From: Candidatus Methylacidiphilales bacterium
GTDB lineage: Bacteria > Pseudomonadota > Gammaproteobacteria > JASGCS01
Length of the DNA stretch: 64,000 nucleotides
Direction: 5' to 3'
Assembly: GCA_030054035.1 (NCBI GenBank)
Contig: JASGCS010000001.1
Location: forward strand, 149,515-213,514
Below the pieces are notes generated by a model. It had not been told where the DNA came from and did not search any database. It saw nothing but the letters and a program-made list of their open reading frames with translations. This document shows, piece after piece, positions 42,586 through 52,519 of the stretch. How positions within the stretch are numbered: position 1 is the first letter of the stretch; every line of letters starts with the position of its first letter. The translations under genes and the position numbers were made by a program.

Positions 42586-43312
42586 AGATTAAAAAAGGCT
42601 GAACAACATGATCACAGGAAAGTTGGGTAGAGAGTTGGTACGAATAACCCCCGTAGAGAACTATACTTGGCGTTTTTTTAAAATACGCACAGGCTTGTGC
42701 GATTGCGCCAAGTAATGAAATAGCAGTCCCTGCTTTCGCTGACATTGTTGTATTTGTGGCTGGAAAACAATAAGATAAATTATTAGAAGGTAAAGCCCCT
42801 ACGTGTAATTTACTAGAAACAGTTTGCAATGTTTCATAAGGACTTAGTAGTAACGCGCCCCCTGTGTGGACACCTTGTTCTATACAATCAAAAGTGGTTA
42901 TTGTGCCACATCCAATTAAAAGAACATCTGTTGACTGTGTAAATTTTTGAAGGGTAGATTCTATTGCCACTGCCCTATCGACTCCATAACTAGCACAATC
43001 TGGATATGCGATTTTCATTTTCATCATTTTTTTAATTTGAAAATCTTGAACAGGATGAATAAGATGGCGATTTAATAACTCAATTGAAAATTTTTGGTGA
43101 CTGGAAGTTTTTTTACATGTTGAAATAGCATAACACCCACTAGAATTCATAAGTAAGGTATTTATTACGGATACAATAGTTTGAAATTCCCCTGCATGAA
43201 ATTTAGAGCCTTGATAAAAATACCGATCAGATTGATCACGCTGTTCATAAAATCTCCATTTGAGCATGCTTGAACCTATATCTAAGAGTAAGTTCATGTT
43301 ACCCGTATCCAA
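42545..43312 (-). CDS. coaX: Type III pantothenate kinase (diverged)
   Basis: LLLDIGSSMLKW, YGVDR, IGCGTITTFD, GGALL, PATNT. Confidence 0.78.
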   Translation of the reverse strand: MDTGNMNLLLDIGSSMLKWRFYEQRDQSDRYFYQGSKFHAGEFQTIVSVINTLLMNSSGCYAISTCKKTSSHQKFSIELLNRHLIHPVQDFQIKKMMKMKIAYPDCASYGVDRAVAIESTLQKFTQSTDVLLIGCGTITTFDCIEQGVHTGGALLLSPYETLQTVSSKLHVGALPSNNLSYCFPATNTTMSAKAGTAISLLGAIAQACAYFKKTPSIVLYGGYSYQLSTQLSCDHVVQPFLIFDTMQKMLRTHYE

Positions 43313-44766
43313 TTATGCAATTTATTTGTATTCTTAATCTTAAGCTGAAATGACCCCTTTTGATTTGAGGCAACTAGACCAATTTGGTCCAAAGATTTAG
43401 AAATATTTATAACACCTCTGGATTGTGTGAGTTTTTGTATCAATCGTGCAGTAGTTAAGTCAAAAAAATTCGTGATATGATCATAAATTTCAGTTTCATT
43501 AATCTGCGATTTATGTATTGCCAAGTGTTTAATAAACTGATCTAGCGAAGATTTATCAAAACATTCACGAACATGGGTGTCTAGACAAAACGCCACAACC
43601 ATGCCGCTTAAATAATACGAAGAGTCGTATAGCACAGATAAGGAATGGGGGTGGTAATAACGAATCCAACTATCAAAACTTGCTTCAGATGGCGACTGCC
43701 AAGAAAGTGCCTTGCAGTCAGAGTATTTTTTCAACTCCTTTGCAAATAATATTAGAAAGCGATCCTTTGAAATCACTCCAGCTCTCACCAAAACCAATAT
43801 ATCGTAGTAATGTGTAAACCCTTCAAAAAACCATAAATTAGTTGTGGGAATGGGTGAGATAAGTGAAGTAGTGTTTGTTTTGTAATTGGTAACTCGTTTA
43901 ACTATCCATGCGTGAATATATTCATGGGCAAATAATGAAAGTACAGAGGTTGTAATGCTTGCTCGGGGGTTATAGAATTTACTTTCAAACGCTTTGCTTG
44001 GTAGTTGAATTGAGGCACATGCGCTGTGCTCTAAACCACCATGTCCGGTATCTGTAATAAAAATAATAAACGCATAGTGTGGAAAAGGAACGCAGCCAAA
44101 CTGTCTCATTACGGTTTGGCAAATATTATTAATTTGTTTAATAAAATGCTTACGTAAAACAACATTTCCACATACGACAAACTGGTGTTTGACTGAATTA
44201 ACCTGACTTTGATAATATTTTAGCTCACCAACCACAATTGGATTATCTATTAACGTTTGATAATTAATGGACTCAAAGGTGCCAAATCCATTCGACTTAC
44301 TTTGAGTACAAGGTAGTGTCGTAAATAATGATTTTTTTTTCTCAAAAACACTTTCTTTGACAGATTGTGGACTGATTTGTATCACGCAACGATGCTGGTG
44401 CATACCTTCAGGAAGTAAGCAACAAGCCGCTAACTCTAATAAAGCCCGTTTTGCATCAAGAAATAGCCCTCTATATGACTGATCATTTGCTAATAAAGTA
44501 TATTCGATTCTTATTCTAGAAGGTGTCCCTCGAACTACCCAACAGTGTAAATCTAATTTCTCGATACCTAGTGGTTTATTATACTCATCATCAAAAGCGT
44601 TTATTGAAAGCATCTTACTACTAAAATTTCTCATGGTATAACTTCCTGGTGTCCAAGCAGGTAGTTGGATTACTACTGGCTGAGTTCCAGAAATTGGATT
44701 AAAAATGAGTTGGCAGGCTATTTGTTGCTTAGAAAAATCGAACTTCTTAATTGTGTAGAAAAGCAT
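43294..44766 (-). CDS. M61 glycyl aminopeptidase-family metallopeptidase without PDZ domain
   Basis: LPAWTPGSY, LIDNPI, GGLEH, HEYIHAW, LWFFEGFTHYY. Confidence 0.88.
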   Translation of the reverse strand: MLFYTIKKFDFSKQQIACQLIFNPISGTQPVVIQLPAWTPGSYTMRNFSSKMLSINAFDDEYNKPLGIEKLDLHCWVVRGTPSRIRIEYTLLANDQSYRGLFLDAKRALLELAACCLLPEGMHQHRCVIQISPQSVKESVFEKKKSLFTTLPCTQSKSNGFGTFESINYQTLIDNPIVVGELKYYQSQVNSVKHQFVVCGNVVLRKHFIKQINNICQTVMRQFGCVPFPHYAFIIFITDTGHGGLEHSACASIQLPSKAFESKFYNPRASITTSVLSLFAHEYIHAWIVKRVTNYKTNTTSLISPIPTTNLWFFEGFTHYYDILVLVRAGVISKDRFLILFAKELKKYSDCKALSWQSPSEASFDSWIRYYHPHSLSVLYDSSYYLSGMVVAFCLDTHVRECFDKSSLDQFIKHLAIHKSQINETEIYDHITNFFDLTTARLIQKLTQSRGVINISKSLDQIGLVASNQKGSFQLKIKNTNKLHNWIRVT

Positions 44767-44791
44767 AGTAATTTAACAGTATTATAGTATC

Positions 44792-45523
44792 ATGTCAAAC
44801 ATGATTGAAGCACAATTATTGAGAAAGGTTTCTATAAGCTGCTACAGGATTTTTTATTTTACCATCCTCTCTAGGGAAGAGTTACTTTGGCAACCAGGTC
44901 AATTTATACAATGTATTTTTATAGAAAATGGAGTCGAAATTAAAAGACCATACTCATTCGCACATGATCCCAGTAGCCGAGAACTTGAACTTCACACAGT
45001 ATATATTGCTGGTGGGACAATGAGTGAAAAATTGGAACAGCTTCAATGTGGGGAAACATTATTACTTAGCAAAGATTCATACGGATATTTAACTGTATCT
45101 GAAATTGCGAATAACAAAACTGTACTTTGGTTTGTGGCAACTACAACAGGAGTTGCACCGTTCATTTCAATGCTGCGCAGTGGTCTCTTATCAACGTTTA
45201 GCAATGTATTGCTGTACTACTCTGGAAAAACGATTGAGAGTTTAATGTATCATAATGAGTTAAGCCAGGCACAGAATCAATTTGCTTGGTTTAATTATCA
45301 GCCAATTACAACCTCAGAGCAACCTCGAGTACAATTTTATCTGAAAGAAAAATTGAAAAACTATACAAATAAATTAGAGCAACTCCATGTTATGTTTTGT
45401 GGCAATCCCCAGATGATACATGATTGTCTTCAATTGGGCAATGAGCTTGGGTTAACTAGACACCGAAGAAAGATTCCTGGAAATATTACTTTTGAACGAT
45501 ACTGGGTAAGTACACATTCCTAG
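44792..45523 (+). CDS. fpr: Ferredoxin(flavodoxin)-NADP+ reductase, bacterial Fpr type
   Basis: PGQF, RPYSFA, TTGVAPF, CGNPQMI, FERYW. Confidence 0.88.
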   Translation: MSNMIEAQLLRKVSISCYRIFYFTILSREELLWQPGQFIQCIFIENGVEIKRPYSFAHDPSSRELELHTVYIAGGTMSEKLEQLQCGETLLLSKDSYGYLTVSEIANNKTVLWFVATTTGVAPFISMLRSGLLSTFSNVLLYYSGKTIESLMYHNELSQAQNQFAWFNYQPITTSEQPRVQFYLKEKLKNYTNKLEQLHVMFCGNPQMIHDCLQLGNELGLTRHRRKIPGNITFERYWVSTHS

Positions 45524-46317
45524 TAACTTGGATCAAATTCTTTATCCTTGAAGGTTCGTAACCAATAAAAAACTTCATGTGTTTTGTATAATTTTTTTTT
45601 CGCATATGACTGGCAAAATGAAATTACTAAATCAGTATGGCATTGCATAAAAAGATTGTATTTGATTTCATGGCCTACCGTTGTAGGCAGAGTAGGTAGT
45701 TGATTATTCCGAAGTGATTCAACTGATTTTCTGTAAACTGCTCTAGCATTGCTAGGATCTATAATCAAACTAAATAAAACATTAGCATAGGTGTATTCAT
45801 GTGCTGGAAAAATTAAAGTGTCTGCATCTAGTGATGCAATAGTTTGAATTGAGTTGAACAGATCACTATGCGTGCCATCAAACACCCTCCCACACCCTGA
45901 AGCAAATAAAGTGTCCCCACAAAAAAATAATTTTTCATTTGCAAAATGAAACCCAATATGCTTAGCAGTATGCCCAGGTAGAGAGAACACGGTACAGTTG
46001 GTTTTTAAACAGGTAAGGTAAATAGGGCTATCAGGACTTACTGCAATATACGGAAAAAGATAGGCAGGATGAGTTGAGGCGTAGACAACACAATCAGGAA
46101 AGCGTTGTACTATCTCTTGAACACCCCCAATATGATCTCCATGATGGTGGGTGATAAGAATGGATTCTGGAATTAGTTGATTTTGGTTTAACCACGCAAC
46201 CGTGCTCTTTGCGCAGCCTGGATCAACAAGCACTACAAAATTACTTTGAATTGTTGAGGTTATTGCCCAAATATAATTATCTTCAAAAGCTGTAATAGGC
46301 TTTACGATTAGGCTCAT
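45520..46317 (-). CDS. gloB: Hydroxyacylglutathione hydrolase (glyoxalase II)
   Basis: AFEDNYIW, THHHGDHIGG, PGHT, CGDTLF..GCGR, AHEYT. Confidence 0.93.
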   Translation of the reverse strand: MSLIVKPITAFEDNYIWAITSTIQSNFVVLVDPGCAKSTVAWLNQNQLIPESILITHHHGDHIGGVQEIVQRFPDCVVYASTHPAYLFPYIAVSPDSPIYLTCLKTNCTVFSLPGHTAKHIGFHFANEKLFFCGDTLFASGCGRVFDGTHSDLFNSIQTIASLDADTLIFPAHEYTYANVLFSLIIDPSNARAVYRKSVESLRNNQLPTLPTTVGHEIKYNLFMQCHTDLVISFCQSYAKKKLYKTHEVFYWLRTFKDKEFDPSY

Positions 46318-46341
46318 TCGTCTAGTAAAATAGCTAACATC

Positions 46342-47856
46342 ATGGACTATAGTCTACCAAATAACTTCATACAAAAGAAGATAGAAGAAGATATTCGTCT
46401 TGGTATGCCCAAAACATCGCTAAGATTTCGTTTTCCACCTGAACCAAACGGGAGGCTACACTTAGGACATGCAAAAGCAATAAGCCTTAATTTTCTTCTT
46501 GCCAAGCATTTTCAAGCACCTTGTTTTCTTCGTTACGATGACACCAACCCTATGGAGGAAACTGAAGAATTTTATACCGAGATACTAAACGATATTCATT
46601 GGCTTGGCTTTAGAGAAACCTCCATAACATACGCTTCAGATTATTTTGATCAGTTTTATGACATAGCGATTGAACTTATTAAAAATCAAAACGCCTATGT
46701 AGACTTAGATTCAGCTGAGCTAATAAAACTTAACAGAGGAAGTCTAACCTGCCCAGGGATTGAGAGTGCCTATCGAAATCAAAACCAGAATGAAAATTTA
46801 GCCTTGTTTGAAAAAATGATGCGAGGTGATTTTAATGAAGGTGAAGCTGTGTTAAGAGCAAAAATAGATATGGCTTCTCGAAATATGAACTTGCGTGATC
46901 CAATTCTCTACCGAGTCTTAAAAAAAACCCACATTCGAACTGGTCATACATGGAATATATATCCCATGTATGATTTCGCTCATCCACTTTCTGACTGTAT
47001 AGAAAAAATTAGTCATTCACTATGCACGTTAGAATTTGAAGATCATCGAGTTTTATATAATTGGGTAGTTGATAAAGCAAATCTAGGAGTAAAACCACAG
47101 CAAATTGAATTTGCAAGATTAGAAATTAAAGGCGCAACGACGAGTAAACGAGAAATCAAAGCTAAAATAGAACAAAGATTAATTGAGGGATGGAATGATC
47201 CTAGGATTGCGACCTTAAGTGGATTAAAGAGCAGAGGCCACCCACCACAAGCAATAATTGACTTTTGTGTAAGGACAGGATTTGGTAAAGCAAACAGTGA
47301 AGCTGAGTTTAGTTATTTTGAAAATATCAGTCGTGAGTATTTAAATCAAAATGCTCCACGCTCTACCGCTGTGTTAAACCCTATTACTTGTTTTTTAACT
47401 GATACCTCTACAAACATAGAAAGGAAGCTTTTGGTTGATTTGGACGATATTAGAATAAATCCTTCAAAGGATTTTTATAGACTAACACCTCAAGCATTAG
47501 TTCGGCTTCGGCATGATAGTATTATAAAATGCACTAGTATTGATTGCACTGGTGACATAATCAAATCAGTGCATGCTGAAATAATTCCAAATACATTCAA
47601 ACAAAATCTACCAAACGGTGAAAAAGTAAAAGGAGTGATTCATTGGTTAGATCAATCATTGGCCGTTCCTGCTAGTTTTATCATCTTTAAAGACGGGAGT
47701 TACATAATGACAAATTCTTATATTCATAAAGACACCCCAACTAATGCGACCGTTCAATTCGAACGGGTTGGTTATTGCATTTACAATAATGAAACTGATT
47801 TTCAAAATACACGAGGGGTGTGGATAATGACACTACCACTCCGCGACTCAAAATGA
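46342..47856 (+). CDS. glnS: Glutamine-tRNA ligase (compact, 504 aa)
   Basis: RFPPEPNGRLHLGHAK, RYDDTNP, IYPMYDFAH, SHSLCTLEFEDHR, QIEFARL, QFERVGY. Confidence 0.95.
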   Translation: MDYSLPNNFIQKKIEEDIRLGMPKTSLRFRFPPEPNGRLHLGHAKAISLNFLLAKHFQAPCFLRYDDTNPMEETEEFYTEILNDIHWLGFRETSITYASDYFDQFYDIAIELIKNQNAYVDLDSAELIKLNRGSLTCPGIESAYRNQNQNENLALFEKMMRGDFNEGEAVLRAKIDMASRNMNLRDPILYRVLKKTHIRTGHTWNIYPMYDFAHPLSDCIEKISHSLCTLEFEDHRVLYNWVVDKANLGVKPQQIEFARLEIKGATTSKREIKAKIEQRLIEGWNDPRIATLSGLKSRGHPPQAIIDFCVRTGFGKANSEAEFSYFENISREYLNQNAPRSTAVLNPITCFLTDTSTNIERKLLVDLDDIRINPSKDFYRLTPQALVRLRHDSIIKCTSIDCTGDIIKSVHAEIIPNTFKQNLPNGEKVKGVIHWLDQSLAVPASFIIFKDGSYIMTNSYIHKDTPTNATVQFERVGYCIYNNETDFQNTRGVWIMTLPLRDSK

Positions 47857-48860
47857 ACCAAATCAAGACCGACTGTTTAATTCTAGGTGCAGGTCCTACT
47901 GGGCTTTTTCAAGTTTTTGAACTTGGATTAGCTGGAATTCAATCTGTAATTATAGATTCACTTCCAATGGTTGGAGGCCAATGCAGTTACTTATATCCAG
48001 AAAAACCTATTTATGACATCCCAGCATGCCCTTCAATTTTAGCTCAAGAATTAATTGTAAATTTAATGGCTCAAATAAAACCATTTGATTGTCAAATTTT
48101 TTTAAAAAATACCGCTCAATCCCTATCTCAGCTACCGAACGGAAATTACCTTATACAAACTCAAGAAAATGCCATTGAAACAAAAACATTAGTATGCGCA
48201 ACTGGGCTTGGGGCTTTTGCGCCTAGAAAAATTAAAATAAATGGTATTGACAAATACGAAAATATAAATCTATTTTACGCGCTACGCGACACAGCATCTC
48301 TTCGCGACAAAACGGTTTGTATTTGCGGTGGCGGGGATAGCGCACTTGATTGGGCAATCAACTTACAGAGTTTAGGCATCAAAACCCATCTAATTCATAG
48401 AAGAAATGAATTTAGAGGCGCTCACGCAAGTGTTACCACGCTTAACGCACTTGTTCTTGAAAAAAAAATCTCTTTAACGATTGGCACTATTGAAAGCTTT
48501 ACAGGCGACCAAAAACTTCATTCACTCATTGTGAATAATACTGAAATTAAAGCAGATGTATTTTTAGTGTTTTATGGGTTATTGCCTAAACTTGGTCCTG
48601 TTGAAAATTTTGGTCTAACCATGCAAAAAAATCAAATTTGCGTACGCGTAGATACTTTTGAGACCAATAGAATTGGAGTCTATGCAGTAGGTGATTGCAA
48701 TACTTACCCTGGTAAAAGAAAATTAATTCTTTCCGGCTTTCATGAGTCTGCTTTATGCGCTCATGCAATAGAAAAATACCTCTACCCTGATCGTAAACAA
48801 TTTAATCAGTACACTACTACCTCAAGCCAATTACACCAGCGCTTAAAGTTACCCAACTAA
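47853..48860 (+). CDS. Thioredoxin reductase-like ferredoxin-NADP+ reductase (YumC type); start MNQIK preferred
   Basis: GAGPTG, GGQC..LYPEKPIYD, GGGDSALDWA, HRR..FR, YPGKRKLILSGFHE; no CxxC; ATGA overlap with glnS. Confidence 0.88.
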   Translation: MNQIKTDCLILGAGPTGLFQVFELGLAGIQSVIIDSLPMVGGQCSYLYPEKPIYDIPACPSILAQELIVNLMAQIKPFDCQIFLKNTAQSLSQLPNGNYLIQTQENAIETKTLVCATGLGAFAPRKIKINGIDKYENINLFYALRDTASLRDKTVCICGGGDSALDWAINLQSLGIKTHLIHRRNEFRGAHASVTTLNALVLEKKISLTIGTIESFTGDQKLHSLIVNNTEIKADVFLVFYGLLPKLGPVENFGLTMQKNQICVRVDTFETNRIGVYAVGDCNTYPGKRKLILSGFHESALCAHAIEKYLYPDRKQFNQYTTTSSQLHQRLKLPN

Positions 48861-48869
48861 CTAGTTAAT

Positions 48870-50105
48870 TTAATAACAATGTACCAACAGCCCATCTAAT
48901 AATTTTGGAGTAAACCAAGTTGATTTTGGCGGCATTAACTCTCCTGCTCTGGAAACTTCTATCATGGAATGTATTGGCGTAGGGTGCAATGCAAAGCCAG
49001 CCAATAGCTCTGCATTGCGAACTTTTGCCTCAATTAGATCAAAACTTTTACCTCCAATAAATTCAATTCTCGTATCTTTACGCAAGTCAGAAATACCAAA
49101 AAGAGGGCTTAAAATTTGCTGACTTAATTTACTTACATCAAGACTATCTACTGGATTTTTATTATCCGATTGGTTGAATGAAAAAATATACCATCTATTA
49201 AGTATACAAACCGCACAATGACCAGGGTTAATAAATTTTGGTTTTTCACAAGCAGTTAATGCGACAACACTTTGCAATGAAGCAAGTAACTGCTCAGCGC
49301 TAATTCCTAGATTTGGTAAAATCCCACGATTGTATTCTTGGATAATCATTTCTTCCGCTGGAAAAAGCCCTGCAAGAAAATAATCAAAGCGATCGTTATG
49401 TATTGGAGAATGATGCTCAGAGATATTATTTGCGGCACTAGTTCGGTGATGTCCATCTGCTATAAAAAGTTGGTTACATGATTCGATTTGTAAACATATA
49501 GTTTGAACTAAATCACTATCTGTAATTTTCCAAAGTCTATGGAAATAACCCTCACTATCAACTACTTCTAATGACAATGGTTTGGCGACACATGAATTAA
49601 GCAATCGGTTGAAAGCCTTATCGGTAGGAACGGTAAGGAGCACAGGGCTTGGTTGGGCTTGTAGTGTGTTCAATTGGATGGCGCGATCTTTTTCCTTGTC
49701 AGGTTTTATAAGTTCATGCTTTGCAATTCTACCCATTCGATATGCTTCCAATGAAAATAACGCAATTATTCCAGTTTGAGTAAAGGTGCCCTTCGCAATT
49801 TGATAAGGGTACACTCCCAGTGTCTGCTCATGAAGAAGGAGTTTGGTTTGTATTGCTTTTTCAAATTGAATCTTCGATTGTGCGTAGACTCGCTCATCAT
49901 TATCCTTTACCCCATCATCTAAATTTATCTCACTTCTGGTAATATGAAGAAAAGAGTGTGGGTTATTCATTGCTAACGCTTTTGCTTCTTGACGGGTTGG
50001 TACATCATAAGGTGGTGAAACAATAGACTGGGCATACATTGGATTTGCTAACAACGCTTTAAATGGTTTACATAATTTTTTCACTGGTGACATACTCCTA
50101 GACAA
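48870..50105 (-). CDS. DUF1015 family protein
   Basis: SPPYDV, HELIKPDK, IADGHHR, MPPKSTWFTPKLLDGL. Confidence 0.9.
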   Translation of the reverse strand: MSRSMSPVKKLCKPFKALLANPMYAQSIVSPPYDVPTRQEAKALAMNNPHSFLHITRSEINLDDGVKDNDERVYAQSKIQFEKAIQTKLLLHEQTLGVYPYQIAKGTFTQTGIIALFSLEAYRMGRIAKHELIKPDKEKDRAIQLNTLQAQPSPVLLTVPTDKAFNRLLNSCVAKPLSLEVVDSEGYFHRLWKITDSDLVQTICLQIESCNQLFIADGHHRTSAANNISEHHSPIHNDRFDYFLAGLFPAEEMIIQEYNRGILPNLGISAEQLLASLQSVVALTACEKPKFINPGHCAVCILNRWYIFSFNQSDNKNPVDSLDVSKLSQQILSPLFGISDLRKDTRIEFIGGKSFDLIEAKVRNAELLAGFALHPTPIHSMIEVSRAGELMPPKSTWFTPKLLDGLLVHCY

Positions 50106-50845
50106 TCTTGATCTTTATAAAATACACTTTTACCCCACTGTAACGTATGGGTGTTGAAAGAAAATAATATATGCTCATATGAATAATTTTTAGTGCTATT
50201 AGCAATCCATTGCACTGCTAACAGTGATTGCATCGAACCAATAACTCCAACCAATGCTCCCAACACTCCTCGTTCTTGGCAGCCATCAGTTTCAGATGTA
50301 AATGATAGGATGGGTTTTGGAAAAATACATTCAAAACAGGGGTCGTCGTTGCGATTATTAAATAAGGCTACATGTCCTGAATGAGTAATTACTCCAGCAG
50401 AAACAATTGGAATATGGTATTTATATGCAACATGGTGAAGTTTATACCGACTTGGAAAATTATCTAAACAATCAAGCACTAAGGTAACTGAGGGTAAAAT
50501 AGTTTCCAGTTCTGCTTCATTTAATACTTTGTCAATAATACCAATAGTCGCGTCAGCTTGTAGATCTTGTAACCTACGAGCCGCTACTTCAACCTTGCGC
50601 TTTCCGATATCATGTTCGCTAAAAAGTGGTTGTCTGTGTAGATTTGATCGGGTTATGACATCATAGTCATTTATTATTAAATGCCCTACTCCAGACATAA
50701 TTAGCTGGGTGCTTGCATTAGACCCCAAACCACCCATACCAACAACTAATACTTTGCTTGATAGTAATTGTTCTTGACCATGTTCGCCAAAGTCATCAAG
50801 GATAATATGGCGAGCATACCTTTCTTTTTGATTTATTGACAACAT
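50081..50845 (-). CDS. ThiF/MoeB-family E1-like adenylyltransferase
   Basis: RYARHIIL, VGMGGLGS, DYDVITRSNLHRQ, CFECIFP, GCQERGVLG. Confidence 0.92.
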   Translation of the reverse strand: MLSINQKERYARHIILDDFGEHGQEQLLSSKVLVVGMGGLGSNASTQLIMSGVGHLIINDYDVITRSNLHRQPLFSEHDIGKRKVEVAARRLQDLQADATIGIIDKVLNEAELETILPSVTLVLDCLDNFPSRYKLHHVAYKYHIPIVSAGVITHSGHVALFNNRNDDPCFECIFPKPILSFTSETDGCQERGVLGALVGVIGSMQSLLAVQWIANSTKNYSYEHILFSFNTHTLQWGKSVFYKDQDCLGVCHQ

Positions 50846-51933
50846 TACGCTGGAGCAAATCTGAAATGCATGATATCACCTTCTTGAACGACATACTCTT
50901 TACCTTCCAATCTCCATACACCGGCTTGTTTGGCGCCATGCTCTCCTCCGAAAGAAATGAAATCTTGATACGCTATCACTTCTGCTCGTATAAAGCCTTT
51001 TTCAAAATCAGTGTGTATCCTCCCAGCTGCCTCAGGAGCTTTTGCGCCAGCTCGAACCGTCCAAGCACGAACTTCTTTTTCACCAGCAGTAAAATAAGTC
51101 TGCAAACCCAACAAGCTATAACAATGCTGGATGATGGTATCTAGCCCACTCTGAACCACGCCTAACTCTTTCATAAATTCAATTTTATCAGTTTTTTCTA
51201 ATAAAGAGAGTTCCGCCTCTAAGACTGAACTAATGATCACGCAATCAGCATTTTGTTTTTTAGCATATTCAATTAGTAAAGTGCTATATTGATTTCCGGA
51301 TATTTCATGATCAAGCACATTAGCAACATATAATACTTTTTTAGCGGTTAATAAGCTAAGTGATTTCATCCAATGAGGTGCGGAAATATGAGGGAAAGTA
51401 AATGTTCGTGCCGGGAATCCTTTTGATAGCGACACTTCTAACTCGCGAAAAAAATCCATGTGGATAATTCCATCTTCTTCTTTTTTAGATTTTTTGGCAA
51501 AACGCTCCTTAGCGTCCTGTACCGTTTGTAAATCAGCTAAGAGAAGTTCGGTTTCAATAATTTCTATATCACCTATTGGGTCTACTCTATCCAACACATG
51601 GATAACAGTATCCTTAACAAAACAACGCACTACTTGAACTAATACGTCAACTTCACGAATATGAGTTAAAAAGGCATTACCCAATCCCTCACCTTGTGAA
51701 GCGCCTTTAACTAAACCAGCGATGTCTACAAATTCTACTGTGGCAGGTATAATTGTTTCTGAGCCAACCAATTGCGAAAGTGGTTGCAATCTACTGTCAG
51801 GTACAGAAACAATACCTACATTTGGATCAATAGTGCAAAACGGGTAATTTTCACTTGGCACACTTGAATGTGTTATCGCATTAAAGAGCGATGATTTTCC
51901 CACATTTGGTAAACCGACAATTCCGCAGCGCAT
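50845..51933 (-). CDS. ychF: Redox-regulated ATPase YchF
   Basis: GIVGLPNVGKS, NYPFCTIDPN, DIAGLVKGASQGEGLGN, HTDFEKGFIRAE. Confidence 0.97.
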   Translation of the reverse strand: MRCGIVGLPNVGKSSLFNAITHSSVPSENYPFCTIDPNVGIVSVPDSRLQPLSQLVGSETIIPATVEFVDIAGLVKGASQGEGLGNAFLTHIREVDVLVQVVRCFVKDTVIHVLDRVDPIGDIEIIETELLLADLQTVQDAKERFAKKSKKEEDGIIHMDFFRELEVSLSKGFPARTFTFPHISAPHWMKSLSLLTAKKVLYVANVLDHEISGNQYSTLLIEYAKKQNADCVIISSVLEAELSLLEKTDKIEFMKELGVVQSGLDTIIQHCYSLLGLQTYFTAGEKEVRAWTVRAGAKAPEAAGRIHTDFEKGFIRAEVIAYQDFISFGGEHGAKQAGVWRLEGKEYVVQEGDIMHFRFAPA

Positions 51934-51934
51934 G

Positions 51935-52519
51935 TTAAGTTTGGGTGTGGATAGATTGTATCATTTTATGAAAATTTCCAGACATAAAATTATTTATTTC
52001 ATTTGAAAGTAAAGATAATCGGGTATCAATAATCTGCCTTTCCTCATCAATTGGTTTTGAAAGTACATGGCTATCGGTTTCCTTTCCTACTTGAGGTCTG
52101 CCGATTCCAACTCTAATTCTCCAAAAATCAGCGCCGCCTAGCATATCAATCATATTTCTAATACCATTATGACCTGCGTGACCTCCTCCAAACTTTACTC
52201 TCACTCTACCCACAGGTAAATCAACTTCATCATGTACGACTACGATTTCATTATTCTGAACTAAGAATTTTTTTTTAAGGTAGGCCACTCCAACACCACT
52301 TAAATTAATCCATTCAGAAGGTTTACTGATCCAAAAATCATTTAGTTTTGTAAATTCAATTTCCTTTTGGTATGAATCTGATTGTAACGTAATGGAATGT
52401 AGGTTGGTCATCTGATCAACAAACCAAAACCCAACATTGTGACGAGTAAGCGCATACTTCAAAGGTTTATTTCCAATACCAACTAATAACTTACAAGGAT
52501 AATTTGAGTATTCGGGCAA
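51935..52519 (-). CDS. pth: Peptidyl-tRNA hydrolase
   Basis: LVGIGN..YALTRHNVGF, VVHDEVDL, GGGHAGHNG, RIRVGIGRP. Confidence 0.95.
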   Translation of the reverse strand: MPEYSNYPCKLLVGIGNKPLKYALTRHNVGFWFVDQMTNLHSITLQSDSYQKEIEFTKLNDFWISKPSEWINLSGVGVAYLKKKFLVQNNEIVVVHDEVDLPVGRVRVKFGGGHAGHNGIRNMIDMLGGADFWRIRVGIGRPQVGKETDSHVLSKPIDEERQIIDTRLSLLSNEINNFMSGNFHKMIQSIHTQT

